Below, one piece after another: positions 60,990 to 64,000 of a stretch of DNA of 64,000 nt. The notes beneath the pieces were generated by a model. It worked only from the letters and a program-made list of their open reading frames with translations. It had not been told where the DNA came from and did not search any database. Location of the stretch: assembly GCA_010909165.1 (NCBI GenBank), contig MU008226.1, positions 1-64,000 on the forward strand. Direction: 5' to 3'. Source of the stretch: Anthoceros angustus. Its lineage: Eukaryota > Plantae > Anthocerotophyta. How positions within the stretch are numbered: the first letter of the stretch is position 1; each line of letters starts with the position of its first letter. The translations under genes and the position numbers were made by a program.

Positions 60990-63900
60990 ACCTCCCACTT
61001 AAAGGCCAATTTACCTTCGTGAAGAATGGACTACCTCATGCCCATCGTGTCCAGAGCTTGTGCAAATTGCTCGTAGAGTCCCTTGGTAAGAATATCTGCG
61101 GGGTTACGGTGTGAACCTTGACAAGTTGTACCCTCTTGTCGTCCAACACCTCTCGAATGAAGTGATACTTCACATCCACATGTTTAGTCTTCGCATGAAA
61201 CTTTGGATTCTTTGCCAATTGGATAGCACTCTGGCTATCACAATGCAACAGCGACTCAACCTTGATCCCCAAGTCTCCCACTAAGCAGGCAAGCCATATG
61301 GCTTCCTTGCAAGCCTCGATTCTTTTAACATACTCGGCCTGGTAGATAGCGTAATGCACGCAAAGAGATCGCCATCGCCCCTCCGTGCACATGAAGACAT
61401 AACGATGTGGACCTCCTTTTCATCATATCCTGCATAATCGGCATCAACCACATGCATCTTCACTACCAAAACATATGCACAAAGCTTTTGTACCATTCGG
61501 ATACCTCATAACTCCTTTTCGCCTCCCAATGCTTCTTGCAGGTTTGACATAAACGCTAACCACTCCTCAAAGGCAATGTCGGGGCGTGTAGCAATCATTG
61601 CATACATCAAACTCCCTACGGTGATGAGTATGGGACCTTCTCCATTTCGACTTTGTCCTCCTCGAGCTTGGGCAATCCGCTTGAAAGTTTCACATATGGA
61701 GGCAATGGAGTACCCAATGGCTTCCCTTCTCCATGTTGAAGCGTTGAAGCACCCTAATGTATTAAAATGCGAGACAAATAAAGCGGCGCTTATGTTCACG
61801 AATCGCATGCCAAGTATGGCTCGCCTCTCCCAAGTCTGTCATTTCAAAGTGAGCATTCAACTTTGACTTCAGAAATCTCATCAGTCTTGACAATTAGCAT
61901 ATCATCCACATAGAGGATCAAAATGAGCAAGCTTTGATCCTTAGCTTGCTTTTAGAGGCAATGATCCTCATCGCTCGTTTGTAGCCTTGAGAAAGCATAA
62001 ATGAGTGGAACTTGTGATACCACTCTCAGTGCTGTTTCAAACCATAAAGGCTCTTCCTCAACACGAGATTCTCTTTGCCCTTCTCAACAAAACCTTGTTC
62101 TTTGCATGTAGACGTCCTCTTGAAGGTCACCATGCAAGAATGCCGTCTTGACATCCATCATACAAGTTCCATATCATTCCAGCAGCAAGCGAACACATAT
62201 AAAGTTGTCATTTTGACTCTTGGTGAGAAAATCTCATCAAAGTCAATGCAGTTGTTGCTTGAAACCCTTAGCAACCAATCGTGCCTTGTACTTTGGTTTG
62301 CCATCAGTATGACCTTCATCTTGTACACCCATTTGCAGTAGTGCCTTCTTATCCTTAAACAGAACCAACTCCCAAGTTTGGTTCTTATGCGTAATTCATT
62401 TGCATGGCCTTCTCCCACTTCTCTTTGTTACTCATTGACATGGCCTCTTTGTAAGAAGAGGGTTCCTGTCTGTCGGCATGACATAATCCGAGATGGATCA
62501 TACAGCCGGGAGGTGTAATCTGCACGACCTCGACACGAGCACCTCTATAGGGGCTTGTTCGACTCTTGGTTCATCTCTGGTGGAGGAATGTGCTCACACA
62601 CATTACCACGGTTCAACGCCCATGATGATCATGTCCATCTTCTTGGAAGATCACCCTTCACCTCCACGGTTGGAGTAGGCTTCCTGTGCATCTTGTTCTC
62701 ATTGAAGAACACGTCGTCTGAACAACCTTTCTAGCCTCGGATCCCACAAAGCGGTATCCATCTCACGGAATCACCATAGCCAAGAAAAATACATTTCTTG
62801 GACTTAGGTGCCAACTTGTCCCGAAACTCTTTTGGAACATGGCGGTATGCCTCACCCAAACACTCGCGGATGCTTGTAGGATGGTTTCTTTCCGGACCAT
62901 AGCTCCTCGGAACTGCTCATCATAGGAGATCTTTTAAGATGAAACATATACGCCCAAAACCCATTAGGCAATCCGAGTTTGACAACAAACTCGCATCCTC
63001 TCCGAATGGTTACATTCATCCGCTCACACCATTTTGTGGAGGAGATATGTGATCAATTCTCTTTTGATTCCTTGGAATCACAGAATGTGAAAGCTTTAAA
63101 ACATACTCTCCACCATTATCAGACACTTCAATCGGTGGTGATTCTCTACAAGGGTGACAAATTTACGAAACGTGAACTTCATCCTTTCCTCAAAGGATAA
63201 ACCCACACCTTGCGTGAAATCATCTATGAAAGTGACAAAATAGGAGGCACCGCCTAATGCGATGAGCATAGGTCCACATACATCATCCGTGAACCAACTC
63301 AAGAGGTTTACTCTACTTTTACCTTTGTTCGATGTGATGATTTTATGCATTTCCCATATAAGCAGTGCTCACACATCGAGAGATCGGAAGTTAAACGAGG
63401 ATATAACGAGCGAGATAAAACCTTCATTCCCGAGACATATGTCCTAAGCAATGCCACAAGGAAACATTTGGTGCTCTTACCATCACATGATCTTTGGCGG
63501 TGTTTACACGAAGTGAGTACAAAGTGCCACACGATCCACGAGCTAACACAAGAGAACCTTTGGAGATCTTCCAAGAGTGATCCCAAACCAGGTGGTAACC
63601 AACATCATCCAAGCATCTGCGCTAATCTCTTTTATCAACTTGAACATGCCTAACGCTTGACATGAATGAAGATCCGTTGTCAAACTTGAGTTGCACATCA
63701 CCTACGCTGCGATCGGCATGCGTAGTTATTTCAAGCCTAACGCATCCTTTCCTTGTAGCATCATCGTGCTAAACCACTCTCTATGAGGAGTAACATGGAA
63801 AGATGCAGTCAATTATCCAATTGCGGAATAAATGACTATCCACGGTATTAATTGTGCAAGTAAGAAGAGATAAGGACATCTCCGTCCTCAACAAGTTTAA

Positions 63901-64000
63901 CTCTTCCAACCTTGATAGCTTCTTGTCGTCACGCTTCTTCTCTTTTCCTTGGTCCTTTTGAACTTCGCACTCTCTTTTGAAGTGACCCCTTTTGTGACAA
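60577..64000 (-). mobile_element. Ty1/copia element 3 (Tork/Tnt1-like), degenerate pol; continues past the window end
   Basis: GAG-pre-integrase LWHCLGHMS..CEHCLYGK; integrase DVCGP..ALGGASYFVTFIDD; RT RYKARLV..FDEIFSP; RH EACKEAIWL..LHCDSQSAIQLAKNPKFHAKTKHVDVKYHFIRE. Confidence 0.95.

Noticed and set aside
1-64000. tRNA, rRNA, snRNA or conserved miRNA genes
   Set aside because: No T-loop/cloverleaf, rRNA signature or conserved mature miRNA was recognised by eye. A tRNAscan-SE/Infernal run is needed to exclude them.

Overview
Repeat-rich nuclear DNA from a land plant. The gene set and the short, fairly GC-rich introns suggest a non-seed plant, but that is inference. Three host genes are recognisable, all on +: PsaE (1011-1607, 3 exons), an LBD27/SIDECAR-like LOB-domain gene (7016-~8400, frameshifted in the LOB domain) and an AFC/LAMMER (CLK) kinase (~44204-47393, at least 11 exons). 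A ~2.5-kb cassette occurs twice (9089-11545, 15306-17805). It carries a four-TM tetraspanin-like gene and a single-TM micro-ORF, and the two copies differ by a 78-bp micro-inversion. Most of the rest is transposon-derived: RTE-like and L1 LINE remnants, a ~200-bp SINE-like family, nested Ty1/copia elements (58-64 kb), and a 13.9-kb Ty3/gypsy element (19465-33335, minus). The gypsy element has ~4.3-kb LTRs that each appear to contain a large degenerate sense ORF; this is the most unusual structure here. A 156-bp bacterial IlvD/Edd dehydratase fragment starts at a GATC directly after the 121-N gap and is more likely contamination or chimera than HGT. Many repeats and two genes carry small deletions, so some frameshifts may be consensus errors. 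All alignments were made by eye and no database searches were run.
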